From Octopus sinensis (taxonomy: Eukaryota): a stretch of DNA of 64,000 nucleotides. The position numbers and the translations under genes are program-made. A model generated the notes under the pieces. It was not told the DNA's origin. It searched no databases and was given only the letters and a program-made list of their open reading frames with translations. Below, piece by piece: positions 14,001-25,731 of this stretch. The number at the start of each line of letters is the position of its first letter. The first letter of the stretch is position 1. Location: positions 868,001-932,000 of the forward strand of contig NC_043004.1 in the NCBI RefSeq assembly GCF_006345805.1, in the 5' to 3' direction.

Positions 14001-14494
14001 TTGATCGGCCGATTTCTCATGTTCTTTGTCCCATTGTTTTCCAAACCCTTTGCTGATTTTAGGTGATGCATACATAATGTTAATTGTTAGCATAAACAGA
14101 TTTTGTTGTTTAACTCCAGGTCAGCTCTGATCAAGCAAAACCCATGGTCAGAAGCATTGCAGCTGTGACGATTACATTTTTAAAATACTTCCTCTTTAAA
14201 ATGTTAAGATTTAAATATTTGGCTGTTATTTCTAGCATAATACATGACCATATAGAAGCTCCATCATTGAGGCTGTCTCTGTTTATGTAACTTAGTAACC
14301 GTATATGTTGTTATTAATGATGCTGTTAGTAGCTATGGACTTTAAAGAGTTAAAATAGAATTCTTTTTTTTTCTTTTTTGATTTTCTTTTTGTTTTGTTT
14401 TAATTGAAACCCATTTTTTTTCTACTTTTCTAAATTAGATCGTTCTGACTGCCAACTGCCTCAGAACAGTGTGGATTGCATTGATAATGTTACC

Positions 14495-14704
14495 ATGGCA
14501 GCGAACACCGCGATCAAAGGGCAGATTGGAATGTTCCAGTCATGCTATCGACCAAAACCTGTTTCCAGTGAGAAACCATCAGATGGCAGCATGCACTTCA
14601 GTATCATTCGACATCCAAAAGAATTACTCGATGTTATGAATATATTATGGCACTCAAGGAAACTTTGTGATGTGACGTTCAAAGTTGGTGAAGAATCCTT
14701 CCAG
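14495..14704 (+). CDS. Keap1: Keap1 coding exon 1 (N-terminus and start of BTB); exon begins at acceptor 14439
   Basis: Pyrimidine tract plus AG at 14437-38; ATG 14495; MAANTAIK...RKLCDVTFKVGEESFQ; phase-0 donor CAG|GTTTGT joins in frame to [13 protein letters not shown]. Confidence 0.9.
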
Positions 14705-15221
14705 GTTTGTAGGATTTTTGTAAAATACTTAGGTCAATGTCCTCATTTGAATTTAATATTACATGTCTGAAATAATTCCATTGTCTGTGAATAGAAATAT
14801 ATTCAATTGTAATATAATCTTGACTGATTGTGAAAAAAGTCACTCTCCAGTGCAGTCTAACCTTTCAGTCACAGATATGCTGTATCGGCATTGTGCCCTT
14901 CATTCCTATTTTTTCTCTCACTCTCTCTCTCTCATTCTTTAGTCACTCTTTCTCTCTCATTGCTATAATGGACTCTACATCCCAGAGCTTGTTTAGTTGT
15001 ATAACATCTCCACCCAAGTCTACACAACACTCATCTCTTTTCTGTTTATCATTTCTGTAGAGTATCACTTTCCTCCTGGCTCTGCACTAACCTCCGACTC
15101 AAATTCTCTCTTTTCTCTCAAGTTTTTCCTTTGGTAATATTGACTTAGTTGTTCAAGAAAAAACATTGATTTCAGTTGTTTTGTGAAAGGCATTGGTGCA
15201 GCTCTCTTCTCTCAAATGAGC

Positions 15222-15261
<40 letters not shown>

Positions 15262-15780
15262 TGTATTAGCATGCCAGTAAAGGTCACAGAAAATGAGAAA
15301 GCAACCATACTAAGGGTTATGCCAATACACACAGATAGAGAAATTAAGGCCAATTGGCCAGATATAGTTTTCAGAGATTATGAAGAAAAAAAAAATGCTT
15401 TCTAATTGATGTATCAATACCAACAGATGACAGTGTTTCTCTAAAAGAAATGGAGAAACTTTCAAAATACAAAGACCTGGAAATAGAGGTAACTCGAATG
15501 TGGAGTCTAAAAACAGAAGCAGTACTTGTAATTGGTGCATGAGGTATGATAAAAAAAATATTCAGACAAATACGTAGCAAAAACACCAGGACTAACAAGA
15601 ATATATAACATACAGAAAATAGCACCACTAGGTACTGCACAGATCCTATGTGAAACACTTTCAATACAGTAACCATAAGAGCATCACAGCAAACCATAGC
15701 ACTTAACCAAGGCACACAGAGCTGTGCTTGGTAGTGCAGTGAAAGCATGTTATAAAAATAAGACTACTAAATGATAATAA
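15262..15780 (+). mobile_element. 3' fragment of an RLE-type (R4/Dong-like) non-LTR retrotransposon
   Basis: PIHTDREIKANxPDI...FLIDVSIP...EKLSKYKDLEIEVTRMW restriction-like endonuclease tail; abuts (TAA)n. Confidence 0.75.
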
Positions 15781-17794
15781 TGTTAATGGTAAAACAAAAT
15801 CAGTCTAGTTTACAAATATGTCCATTTATCTATTTCAAATGAATTTTGGAAATCAAAATATCTAGTTTGTTATCGTTAATAAAGCTGAGGTGAGCTCTGA
15901 TTCAGTATATCTATGATTAAAAGTATTAAAGCTGTAATCACATCCAGCCTTTTAATTTTTGCTGTATGATGTGCCCAGGACTACATTATCTTGTCTACAC
16001 TAACATCTTTAATTTCTTGAGACAGTAAAGTGGCAGTTGATGGTGGGGTATTATTGTTTAGTTTGTTCTAACAGACTGTACAACCTTTAGGTGTCCACTG
16101 TTTGGCATATCAAATCGCATCAAGGAGGCAAATGTGAATAAGAGGAGGAAATACACTGAGTTATATAACGGGGCTGTGTGAAAGCAATGAGTGGCAAGTG
16201 TGATCTTATGCAGGTGGATTGTAGAGGGTTTGCAGGCCAGTCCCATGCAGAACTTACAATATGCTTGGCTGCATGGGTCACTAGGCAGAAGGGCATCAAG
16301 CTGGCTGTGGATCAGAATGGTGTGAGCCCTGGAAAGGGCAAGGCAACCTGGTGAACTCAAATTGGGGATTGATCAATCCCCAACTGGATCATATGGTTGA
16401 TGATATCAGATGCTGAAAAAACCTGAAACACCTAATGGCCCCAGGAAATATCATTGATAATGTGACTAGGTGCATCACAGGATCATCACCTTCATCATCA
16501 TCATTTAATGTCTGTTTTCCATTCTAGCATGGATTGGACAGTTTGACAGAAGTTGGCAAGGCCAGGAACTGTACTCGGTTCTGGTATGTTTTCTACAGCT
16601 GGATGCCCTTCCTTTTGTCAACCACTCCATAGTGTGTACTGGGTGCTTTGTAAAGTGGATAACATTAGGAAGGGCCATAGACCTCCGTCTTTGGCATTTT
16701 TCATTAGTTTTTGCTCTCACATCTGAGGTGTTATGGAATAAATAGTCACCCTCCCTATATTCCAAACTGACACAGACACAGCAACTGTTTCAGTTGTTTG
16801 CTATTTGTTCACTGTATATATGCATTTGAACATAGCTGAGGCTTAGTTGAAGTGGTCACAGCTGGCTTCATCATTCTTCTTGTTGTTTAGTCCACGTGAA
16901 GCTCTTATTGATTTCTCATGTAATCAAAGTTGTTCCTGTTGTGACCATCCAGTCTTTCTCTATATTTAGGACCACATCAATAACTACTGTTTCTATTTTC
17001 CCCATCAATTGCTAACAGTTTTATATTGAGTTGGACACTGTATCATCATTCTTCTTGGGGGTGGTTGTTCTGTACTCTAGGTCAGCTGTGATGAGGAGAT
17101 CGAGTTGGGTGTGATTTAAAAGAGATTTATCTTCTATTTCCAAAAGACCACATTGACACAGTTCTTATGGCCGTTGTCAGTCCAGCAGCAGTGGTGAGAT
17201 GCTTCAAGTCACAGCTGATGTTGTTGTCTATACTGTATTTGGAAAACTTTCTTTGGCCACCTGCCCTCAATGTTCAACTAATCTAGGTGACTGGCCTGTT
17301 ACCCTAGAATTGCCATCTACCAAATTCCTTCACAAGGCATTTGTCAACCCAGAGCTTTAGCAGATGATGTTTGCCCAGGGTGCCACACTGAGATGTAACC
17401 TGAAATCACACAGTTGCTAAGCAAGCATCTTAACTACACAGCCATGCTTGTGCATGCAAGTGTGCACACGTAAATGTGTGTGTGTGTGCATGGTCTTACA
17501 CAGAAATAATCTTCTGTTGACTTTATATTGCAGTTGGTGAGCAGGTTTCTAATCACCATTCTCTGGTCTGTTACATTTCTAATAGTGGCAATGATGAAGT
17601 TCCTGTAACTTGATGCTGCATGCATGCCAAAGGACTTTGTTCATGATTCATTGGAAGTTCAGATTTCTCATTGACGTTTATACCTTCAGCAGACATTCAT
17701 TGGCAAAAAAACACACACACACACACACACACACACAAAACTCAGCATAATCTAAAATACCCAAAACATGTATAATGTAGATAACGATTATTTG

Positions 17795-17825
<31 letters not shown>

Positions 17826-17831
17826 TAATAA

Positions 17832-18340
17832 GGAAATTATTGTATACAGTGCTCAGGTGCACCACAGCTTGTCAAAAGTGCATATAAAGCATATGCAGTA
17901 ATGTACAAATGTCTGGGAAGTGAACAGTGTATGAGTCAGATACATGCTTGCGTGTGTATGGAGGGAAGAAAATCAGGTGTAGTGTTGGCGAATCTCAGGA
18001 AGCATGGAAGTTTTGAAGGATGCAGTGCTCCGACAACTAACAACTGATGCTGGCAGTTTGTTCCATGCTTCAGCAACTTTTAGTGTGAAAAAGTGTTTCC
18101 GAAAGTCATGGGAGCTGTGCTGTTTTCTGACTCTGTAAACATGTCCACGGGTGTTAGACAGGTGGAGTTTGAAAAGGTGCTCAGAGTTATTGTTAGTAAG
18201 ATGGTTAATAATTTTATGGGTGTCTGCTTAGTCAGCTACCAGACATCGGAGTTTCAATGTATCCATGCCCAGGGAAGTAAGGCGTTCAGAATATGGTAAA
18301 TGCCTGATGGAGGGTATTCTCTTGAAGCCCTTCACTGTGA
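17832..18340 (-). mobile_element. CR1-like LINE 3' fragment in Keap1 intron 1
   Basis: YSERLTSLGMDTLKLR...NTRGH...FFTLKVAEAWNKLPASVV; (TTA)n tail. Confidence 0.8.
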
Positions 18341-19758
18341 ATGTTGTGGATAAATTATATGGCAGGCTTCTGTACAGATTCTTTCTGCCAAATTCCACAT
18401 CGGTGTTGTTTCCTCATAGTTCAGTGATTAAATAAGACTTCTGTGCTAACCTGGAGAAACACTTAATACAGTAATCACAATTATCCACAGAGTATAACCC
18501 TTTTCTTACCACATTTCCTTTGAAATACACTTCAACTTATGCCAACACAGTAAACAAATGTTAAAACAATGAAATGAATAAACTGTTTCATTTAAGTTTT
18601 AAAATAAGGAAGAATTTAGTAAAGTATATTGTGTCATTATTAAACTGGTGTTTAGAGCATAAATTAACAAGAAATTTTGATGGAAGATTTTAATCTAAAC
18701 CATTTTGAAATATGAAATTTGTGCCATAGAGGCAGTGGTGATCTCAGGCAGTTTGGTATCAAAAGTGTGAAGTCTCTTTGCTGATAAAACGACAGAAGTG
18801 TTCCCAGGGTTGTATGAAACTGAGACAATGCAGTGGTTTTATCTGCAGGATGTTTCTATCTTTTATTCTGGCATAATGTATCTAGAAATACATTATCCAA
18901 TGTGCCATCCTTAATCTTTTAAGATGGTAGACTGTGATTTGTGGGATTACAGAAGTGGCAAGACCAGGGACAATGGCAATAGCAGGGTTTTGTTCCTTAA
19001 TGTCTCAACAACCAATCAGAGACCAACCTGTCCATCCAACCAACCAACCAATCAGAAACCTGCTTACCCAACTTACCTAACCAGCCATTTCAAACCCACT
19101 CACATAATCCAACTGATGCTCAGTTATTAGTCAAAACTTCTTGGACATTCTACAATCTCCATGCAGCACATTCCTCTCAGTGGGTGTATGATTTGATTTT
19201 TGTTAAAATATTTTACTCATTGTCCAAGTTCACTGTTGTACTTTGGTTAATAAAACCTAAGAGGATTAAAACAATATTTGGCTAATGAAATATTACTTAA
19301 CAAAAAGCATATATTTTTAATTCCGTTTTTGGATTTGGTTTGCAAGATTCTTTATATGAGTTCGTATGTTGAAGCATATTCTGTTTTGTCTTGGGAGAGT
19401 AATTTTCTTTTTGTGCCTTATAATGTAACACACTCAACCGGTAAAGTTTCCACTTTTTTCTGATTTTTATTTTCCTAAAATTTTTGTTGCGTCTTGCAAC
19501 CTTTTCTATAATTTTGACTCTGTCCATTATTTACACTGCATTAATGAAGTGGAGCTGTCGGGTAGCTACCTTAATTTTCAGACAGCAGAACATTGTGTTT
19601 CTCAATGTCTTGCTAGCTTGGCTAAAGCTTATAATATTCCGTTTTTGGATTTGGTTTGCACAATTCTTTATATGAGTTTGTGTGTTGAAGCACATATATT
19701 TTTAAAGGATACAGTTTAAATTTTTTATTTACACCTTTCATTTTCCTTTCTTTTCCAG

Positions 19759-20798
19759 GCCCACAAAATAGTGTTAGCTGCTGCCAGTCCATATTTTCGT
19801 GCCATGTTCACTGGTGGAATGAAAGAGGAAGATATGACCGAGATTCCTTTGCACTGCATATCCCCATGCATACTTGGTATTCTTATCAATTTCGCCTACA
19901 CCTCTGAAATCCAAATCAACGAGATGAATGTTTGCCAGTTGCTGCCAGCTGCTACTATGTTTCAGATCACACGCATCGTCGAAGCTTGCACGGTGTTTCT
20001 CGAGCAACAGCTGGACCCTAGTAACTGCATCGGTATTGCAGACTTTGCCAGTGAACATGGCTGTATGGACCTGTACAGTAAGGCAGGGGAATACATCTAC
20101 CAGAACTTTTGTAAAGTAAGCAAATGTGAAGAATTTCTGATGCTTTCTCCGTGTCGATTGGTCAGCCTGATCAAACACGATGAGCTAAATGTTGCCTGTG
20201 AGTCCGAAGTGTTTAATGCTGTCATTCGTTGGGTGGAGAACGACTCTGAGAAACGTCTTAGTAAGTTGGAGAGTTTACTTGGAGCTGTACGGTGCCATTT
20301 CCTTTCACCAAAGTTTTTGGAGAAACAGCTCAAGATGTGTAAATTGCTCAAGAAAAATCCACAATGCCAGAGTTATTTGGCACGCATTTTTGAAGAACTA
20401 AAACTCCACAAACAGATTCCTGAAGTTTGCCGCAAGCCTTGCAAACCGATGGTTATTTTCACAGCTGGAGGTTATCTCCGGCAATCTCTTAGTAACTTTG
20501 AATTCTTCAATTTAGAGACAAATGAGTGGCGGCGGTTGCCTGACCTGCCTGTACCACGTAGTGGGCTGAGTGCGTGTGTCGTGAAGGGTATTCTTTATGT
20601 TGTTGGTGGACGGAACAACTCACCTGATGGTAATATGGATTCGGCTTCCTTGGACATGTATGACCCGTATCGGAATATGTGGAGACCTTGTGCACAGATG
20701 TCTGTGCCAAGAAATCGAGTTGGTGTTGGGACAATTGATAATATGATTTATGCTATTGGAGGTTCACATGGATCTCAACACCATGAAATTGCTGAAAG
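19759..20798 (+). CDS. Keap1: Keap1 coding exon 2 (BTB, BACK/IVR, Kelch 1-3)
   Basis: ttttccag| acceptor; [60 protein letters not shown] and GGSHG match Keap1 motifs; phase-2 donor AG|GTAACT. Confidence 0.97.
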
Positions 20799-21493
20799 GT
20801 AACTTATTTTAATTTCTTATAATTCTTCTGCTTATCTATCAATTTATTAAATTTTTTTTTAATGATATACAGGTGCATACATGGCTATGTGGTTAAGAAG
20901 CTTGCTTTGCAACCAAAAGTTTTTTGGTTTAGTCCTGGCAAGAGTCTTCTACTATAGCCTGAAGCTGATCTGTACTTTTTGAATAAATTTGGTTGACAGA
21001 AACTGTGTGGAAGCCTGTCGAATATATATTATGCGTGCATGCATGTGTGTCTTTGTGTTTGATCCTGCTACCACCACTTAATAATCTGTATTTGCATTAG
21101 GGCCAGCTCAAGGTACCAGAAACTTGGGCAGTCACCTGAGACGCTATATGCTAAGGGGCGCCAAGGAGGGCATGACGAAGACAAGGAAGTTTCCACAACC
21201 ATCAGCTTGTACACACTGAAGTTCAGCTTGCCTGGGGCAGCATCAACCTTAAGGCCAGCACTGATTTGCAACCCTATAATACGAAAGAAGGGTGGGATGC
21301 TGAGCACATTCTTGTAGTAGAAGAGCTACGTGGTTTCTCACATTTTAGAAGTGAGGATGGGAACAATCAGTAGGAGCTAAAAATAGATAATATAATGGTG
21401 ATGAGGTTTTCAGGTGGTTATTCAAGGTACAAAGTGAGTAGAATTGAGTGGGGCTGGGCTCATTCTGCAATTTAAGAGATGAGGAATTATGTC

Positions 21494-21895
21494 CATTATT
21501 TACATTTGAGGGATATTTGTCCTCATCTTGTTTGTTTTTAAAACACGACGTTTCAGCTGATATACCCTCCAGCCTTCATCAGATGTCTTGGGGAAATTTT
21601 GAACCTGGGTTCTCATTCCTTAGGTATTTTTCAATGTTATTATTATTATTCAGGTCACTGCTTGGAATCGAACTTGGAATCTTGGGGTTAGTAGCCTGCG
21701 CTCTTAACCCCAAGATTCTGAGTATGATTCCAGGCTGTGACCTGAATAATAATATCGAAAAATACTTTAGGAATGAGAACCCAGGTTTGAAATTTCCCCA
21801 AGACATCTGATGAAGGCTGGAGGGTATATCAGCCTAAACGTTGTGTTAACAACAAACAAGATGAGGACAAATATCCATCAAATGTAAATAATGTA
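21494..21895. mobile_element. Head-to-head inverted pair of the Penelope 3'-tail sequence in Keap1 intron 2
   Basis: Both arms match 54430-54675; joined at TAACC microhomology 21705-09. Confidence 0.85.
21541..21588 (-). ncRNA. Minimal hammerhead motif in the PLE-tail element (intact antisense copy)
   Basis: AGACAT-CTGATGA-A-GGCTG-loop-CAGCT-GAAA-C-GTC-GTGTTT. Confidence 0.6.
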
Positions 21896-22034
21896 AATAG
21901 CCGTATTATTCAGAGTCATGGGGCTGCTGTAAGGAGCTGCTGGTATAAGGATGCTATGTTATCCTCAGTAATGGTCAGTTGAAAGATTTACAAGATCTTC
22001 ATCAGAAACAGTTTATGAATTGGTCTTGAATATA

Positions 22035-22282
22035 TTGGGTTGGTACATAATTATTGCGGCTTTTTTTCAGCAAATTTTATTCAACAAAAACAATAACAAT
22101 ATTTAACAAAAACATCTTTAAGCGTCGTTCTCACCGCCTGCCAAGCAAATGGGAAGGAGTAATTGAAGTAGATGGTGAATATGCTCCAGAATAATCATTT
22201 TAAGATGTTTTTGTTGCATGTTGTTAATTTTTGCTGAATATAATTTGTTGAAAAAAGCCGCAATAATTATGCACCAATCCCA
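22035..22282 (+). mobile_element. Mariner-derived MITE
   Basis: TIRs TTGGGTTGGTACATAATTATTGCGGC; TA TSDs; internal HRLPSKWEGVIEVDGEYAPE* transposase tail. Confidence 0.85.
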
Positions 22283-22799
22283 TAGATCTAATTATTGGCG
22301 TCAGTGTCTCCATCAAGTCCATTCTTATCATTGCTGTGATTATTAGCATTGTCATTGACCGTATCTCTGGACCTATTGGTGTGTGTGTGCGTGCACATAT
22401 TGATAATGAATGATGAGAACAGCAATTATATAACCACGTAACAACTTCATTAGCTTACAGCTGTTTCTGCTACTACAAGAAGCAATGCAGTTAGAGGTGA
22501 GTGCCTGTGCAACCTCTTATAAATTCCTCAGAGCCATTAAAATGAAGTGCGTGTTTATTTTTCAGAAAGCATTTAAATTCATAGACATGATTACATTTGG
22601 AACCGTATGTAATTCCTGTTCCCTTGTCATTAATTAATCAACATTATACTCCGTATTCTTGCCTAACATGTTTTACCCCAGAGCCTATTTGTAATGAGTT
22701 CTAAAAACTTGTTCTTGGTATCACTATGCCTAAATGAAATCGTGTGTGTGTGTTTACATGTATGATAATCTGTAACATTTCCTTTCATCTAATTTTCAG

Positions 22800-23005
22800 A
22801 TATGATCCAGAAATAGATCGTTGGATATTAATTTCTCCTATGGAGACTAAACGGATTGGTGTTGGTGTAGGCGTTGTCAATCGGCTATTGTATGCGGTTG
22901 GTGGCTTTGATGGAAGGAATCGTCTGTGTAGTGTTGAATGCTATCATCCTGAGAGAGATGAATGGAAATTTGTGGCACCCATGAATACAGTACGAAGTGG
23001 TGCTG
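22800..23005 (+). CDS. Keap1: Keap1 coding exon 3 (Kelch 3-4)
   Basis: ttttcag| acceptor; (R)YDPEIDRW...[38 protein letters not shown]...RSGA; phase-1 donor G|GTAAGT. Confidence 0.97.
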
Positions 23006-23860
23006 GTAAGTACAGAAGACATTAAATTATTTGGTGTCAAATGTTTTGTTGCAACAACTGTGAACTGATCACTGATAAAAAATAAATGTTTAAATGAAGT
23101 TTGTGCAGGTGCCACATAAAAAGTACCTGTGCTGGTGTCACATAAAAAGCATTTAGTTCACTCTGTAAAGTGGTTGGCATCAAGTAGGACATCCAGCCAT
23201 AGAAACCAATGCCAAAAGAGATAATAGGATCCTAAGGAAGATGGGTTCTGAAAGGGGTCTCAGGGAGTAGCGTTCCAGCCTTCCTGAGCTAGTTTTCCAC
23301 CACATTCCTTAAAAATTGTGGTAGAGGCCTTGGTCTCGGGACCACTCATGTCTAGAAACTGAGGTTGGGGGTAAGCAAGGGCACGCAACCCATAGAAAAT
23401 CCAGCTCTAAAAAAGAATTATGATAGCAAAGGAGAATGGGCACCAGCCAGCCCAAAGTTTGGGGTGGGCTACACCTGCCTACCTTGGTTGTTATGGCATT
23501 GAGATAGACCCGGCCACCCCCATTAATGGGGACAAAATCTGGATTTAAAACACTGGATGATGATGATGATGGAGCAGCTTTCTGGCTTGCCAGCCCCAGT
23601 CAAAACCATCCAACCAATGCCAGCATGGAAAACGGACATTAGATGATGTTGATGATGTGTGTTTTTGACTGACTAAATTGTTTTAGTTTCGACATACAAT
23701 TTCAGACCTGGCAAGTACACTTCTGAAAATTAAATTTAAATAATGTCAGTCATTACCAAAAATTGTAAATCTAATATTTTTCATAACTCTTTAAAAGCCA
23801 TTTCTTCTGTGAGAAATTTTTGGTTAAGATATCTTTTTTTTTTTATTGTCTTTTGTTTAG

Positions 23861-24037
23861 GTGTGATTGGTATGGAACATTATATTTATGCTGTTGGAGG
23901 CTACGACAGCCACTCACAGCTACGTTCTGTGGAAAGATATTGCACTGAAACCAATGTCTGGGAATATGTTTCTTCTATGAATAGTCCGAGGAGTGCACTT
24001 AGCGTTGCTGTTGTTGGTGGGAGACTATTTGCACTTG
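23861..24037 (+). CDS. Keap1: Keap1 coding exon 4 (Kelch 5)
   Basis: ttttgtttag| acceptor; (G)VIGMEHYIYAVGGYDSHSQLRSVERY...RSALSVAVVGGRLFAL; phase-1 donor G|GTAAGT. Confidence 0.97.
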
Positions 24038-24179
24038 GTAAGTATTTCTTAAACTACCGTAGAAATTGACTGTTGATTCAAATTTGATTATATTGCCAAG
24101 ACTACCATTTACCAAAACAAGGAAATATTTAAGATAGTTTATATACAAATATTGGCAAAATACCTTTTTGGTATATACT

Positions 24180-24545
24180 CTTTTACTTGCTTCAGTCATT
24201 TGACTGTGGCCATGCTGGAGCACCGCCTTTAGTTGAGCAAATCGACCCCAGGACTTATTCTTTGTAAGCCCAGTACTTATTCTATTGGTCTCTATTGCTG
24301 AACTGCTAAGTTACAGGGATGTAAACACATCAGCATCGGTTGCCAAGTGATGTTGGGGGAACAAACACACACACATACATATGATGGGCTTCTTTCAGTT
24401 TCCGTCTACCAAATCCACTCACAAGGCTTTGGTCGGCCCGAGGCTATAGTAGAAGACACTTGCCCAAGGTGCCATGCAGTGGGACTGAACCCAGAACCAT
24501 GTGGTTGGTAAGCAAGCTACTTACCACACTGCCACTCCTGCGCCT
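24180..24545 (-). mobile_element. SINE family 1 copy in Keap1 intron 4
   Basis: Full head-to-tail match to the copies at 727-1105 and 7160-7548. Confidence 0.85.
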
Positions 24546-24969
24546 ATATATAAAGAAATAAAAATAAAGTATGGACTATTAAGTGTCCAGTAAGGTTCTG
24601 TATTTGGCTGTTATGAACCTTTTTTATGTTCATTTCTATATTGTTTTAGGCAAGTTTCAATAACACAGTTTACATGAACATATTCATTTGTGAACAGCAA
24701 TGAATGCAATTGGCAGCATTTGTCTATGTAATTGCTATAGATCAGTCTCTTGAAACACATGTATTTTATATAAAACATGGAATGCAGCCTTGTGTCTTGG
24801 CAGATCCTGCCAAACTGCCTAACCAATGCCAGCATGGAAAACCATGATGATGATGTTCAATAAATATTATATTCGAATCTGTGTGTGTGTTGAAACATTT
24901 GTATTTTTTCTGCCAAGTAATTTTTGCTTTCCATTTCTCATTTCCTTATCTCCTGTTTTCTTGTTCCAG

Positions 24970-25106
24970 GTGGATACGATGGAAATGATTTCCTTTCTTC
25001 TGTGGAATGTTATGATCCTGACACTAACTGTTGGACTAATGTGACAAACATGACCTGTGGACGGAGCGGTCATGGGGTGGCAGTAGGAGCTGAGCCGTGT
25101 TCATGA
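24970..25106 (+). CDS. Keap1: Keap1 terminal coding exon (Kelch 6 and stop)
   Basis: ttgttccag| acceptor; (G)[21 protein letters not shown]...[15 protein letters not shown]; exon lengths 210+1040+206+177+137 = 1770 nt, divisible by 3. Confidence 0.96.
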
Positions 25107-25299
25107 CCCATACCATCCACCCCACCAACAAGAAAAGGGGTTCCCAAAATTCAAATAATGACTGCTGAATAGATATAGTTTGCAAATTATTATCAAAGAA
25201 ACAAACATTGTGTTACTTCTGCTGTTTGTTAGAGGAGCCTCATAGAACTTCCATTCCTGCTGAACAAACGAAACTACATCCATGTCCATCTACCAGAAT

Positions 25300-25426
25300 A
25301 ATATAATATAATATTATATATATATATGCACATACATACGCACATACAAACACATAATCACACGTATGTATGTATATATATATATATATATGCATGTGTA
25401 TATGTATATATATATATATGCATGTG

Positions 25427-25468
<42 letters not shown>

Positions 25469-25470
25469 TG

Positions 25471-25503
<33 letters not shown>

Positions 25504-25564
25504 TATGCATGTGTATATGTATATATATATATATGCATATGTATATGTATATATATATATATGC

Positions 25565-25599
<35 letters not shown>

Positions 25600-25691
25600 T
25601 GTATGTATGTATATATATATATATGCATGTATGTATGTATATATATATATATGCATGTATGTATGTATATATATATATATACATGTATGTA

Positions 25692-25730
<39 letters not shown>
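25300..25730. repeat. (TA)/(CATA)/(TATG) compound microsatellite just after the Keap1 stop codon
   Basis: Direct reading of the sequence. Confidence 0.95.
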
Positions 25731-25731
<1 letters not shown>

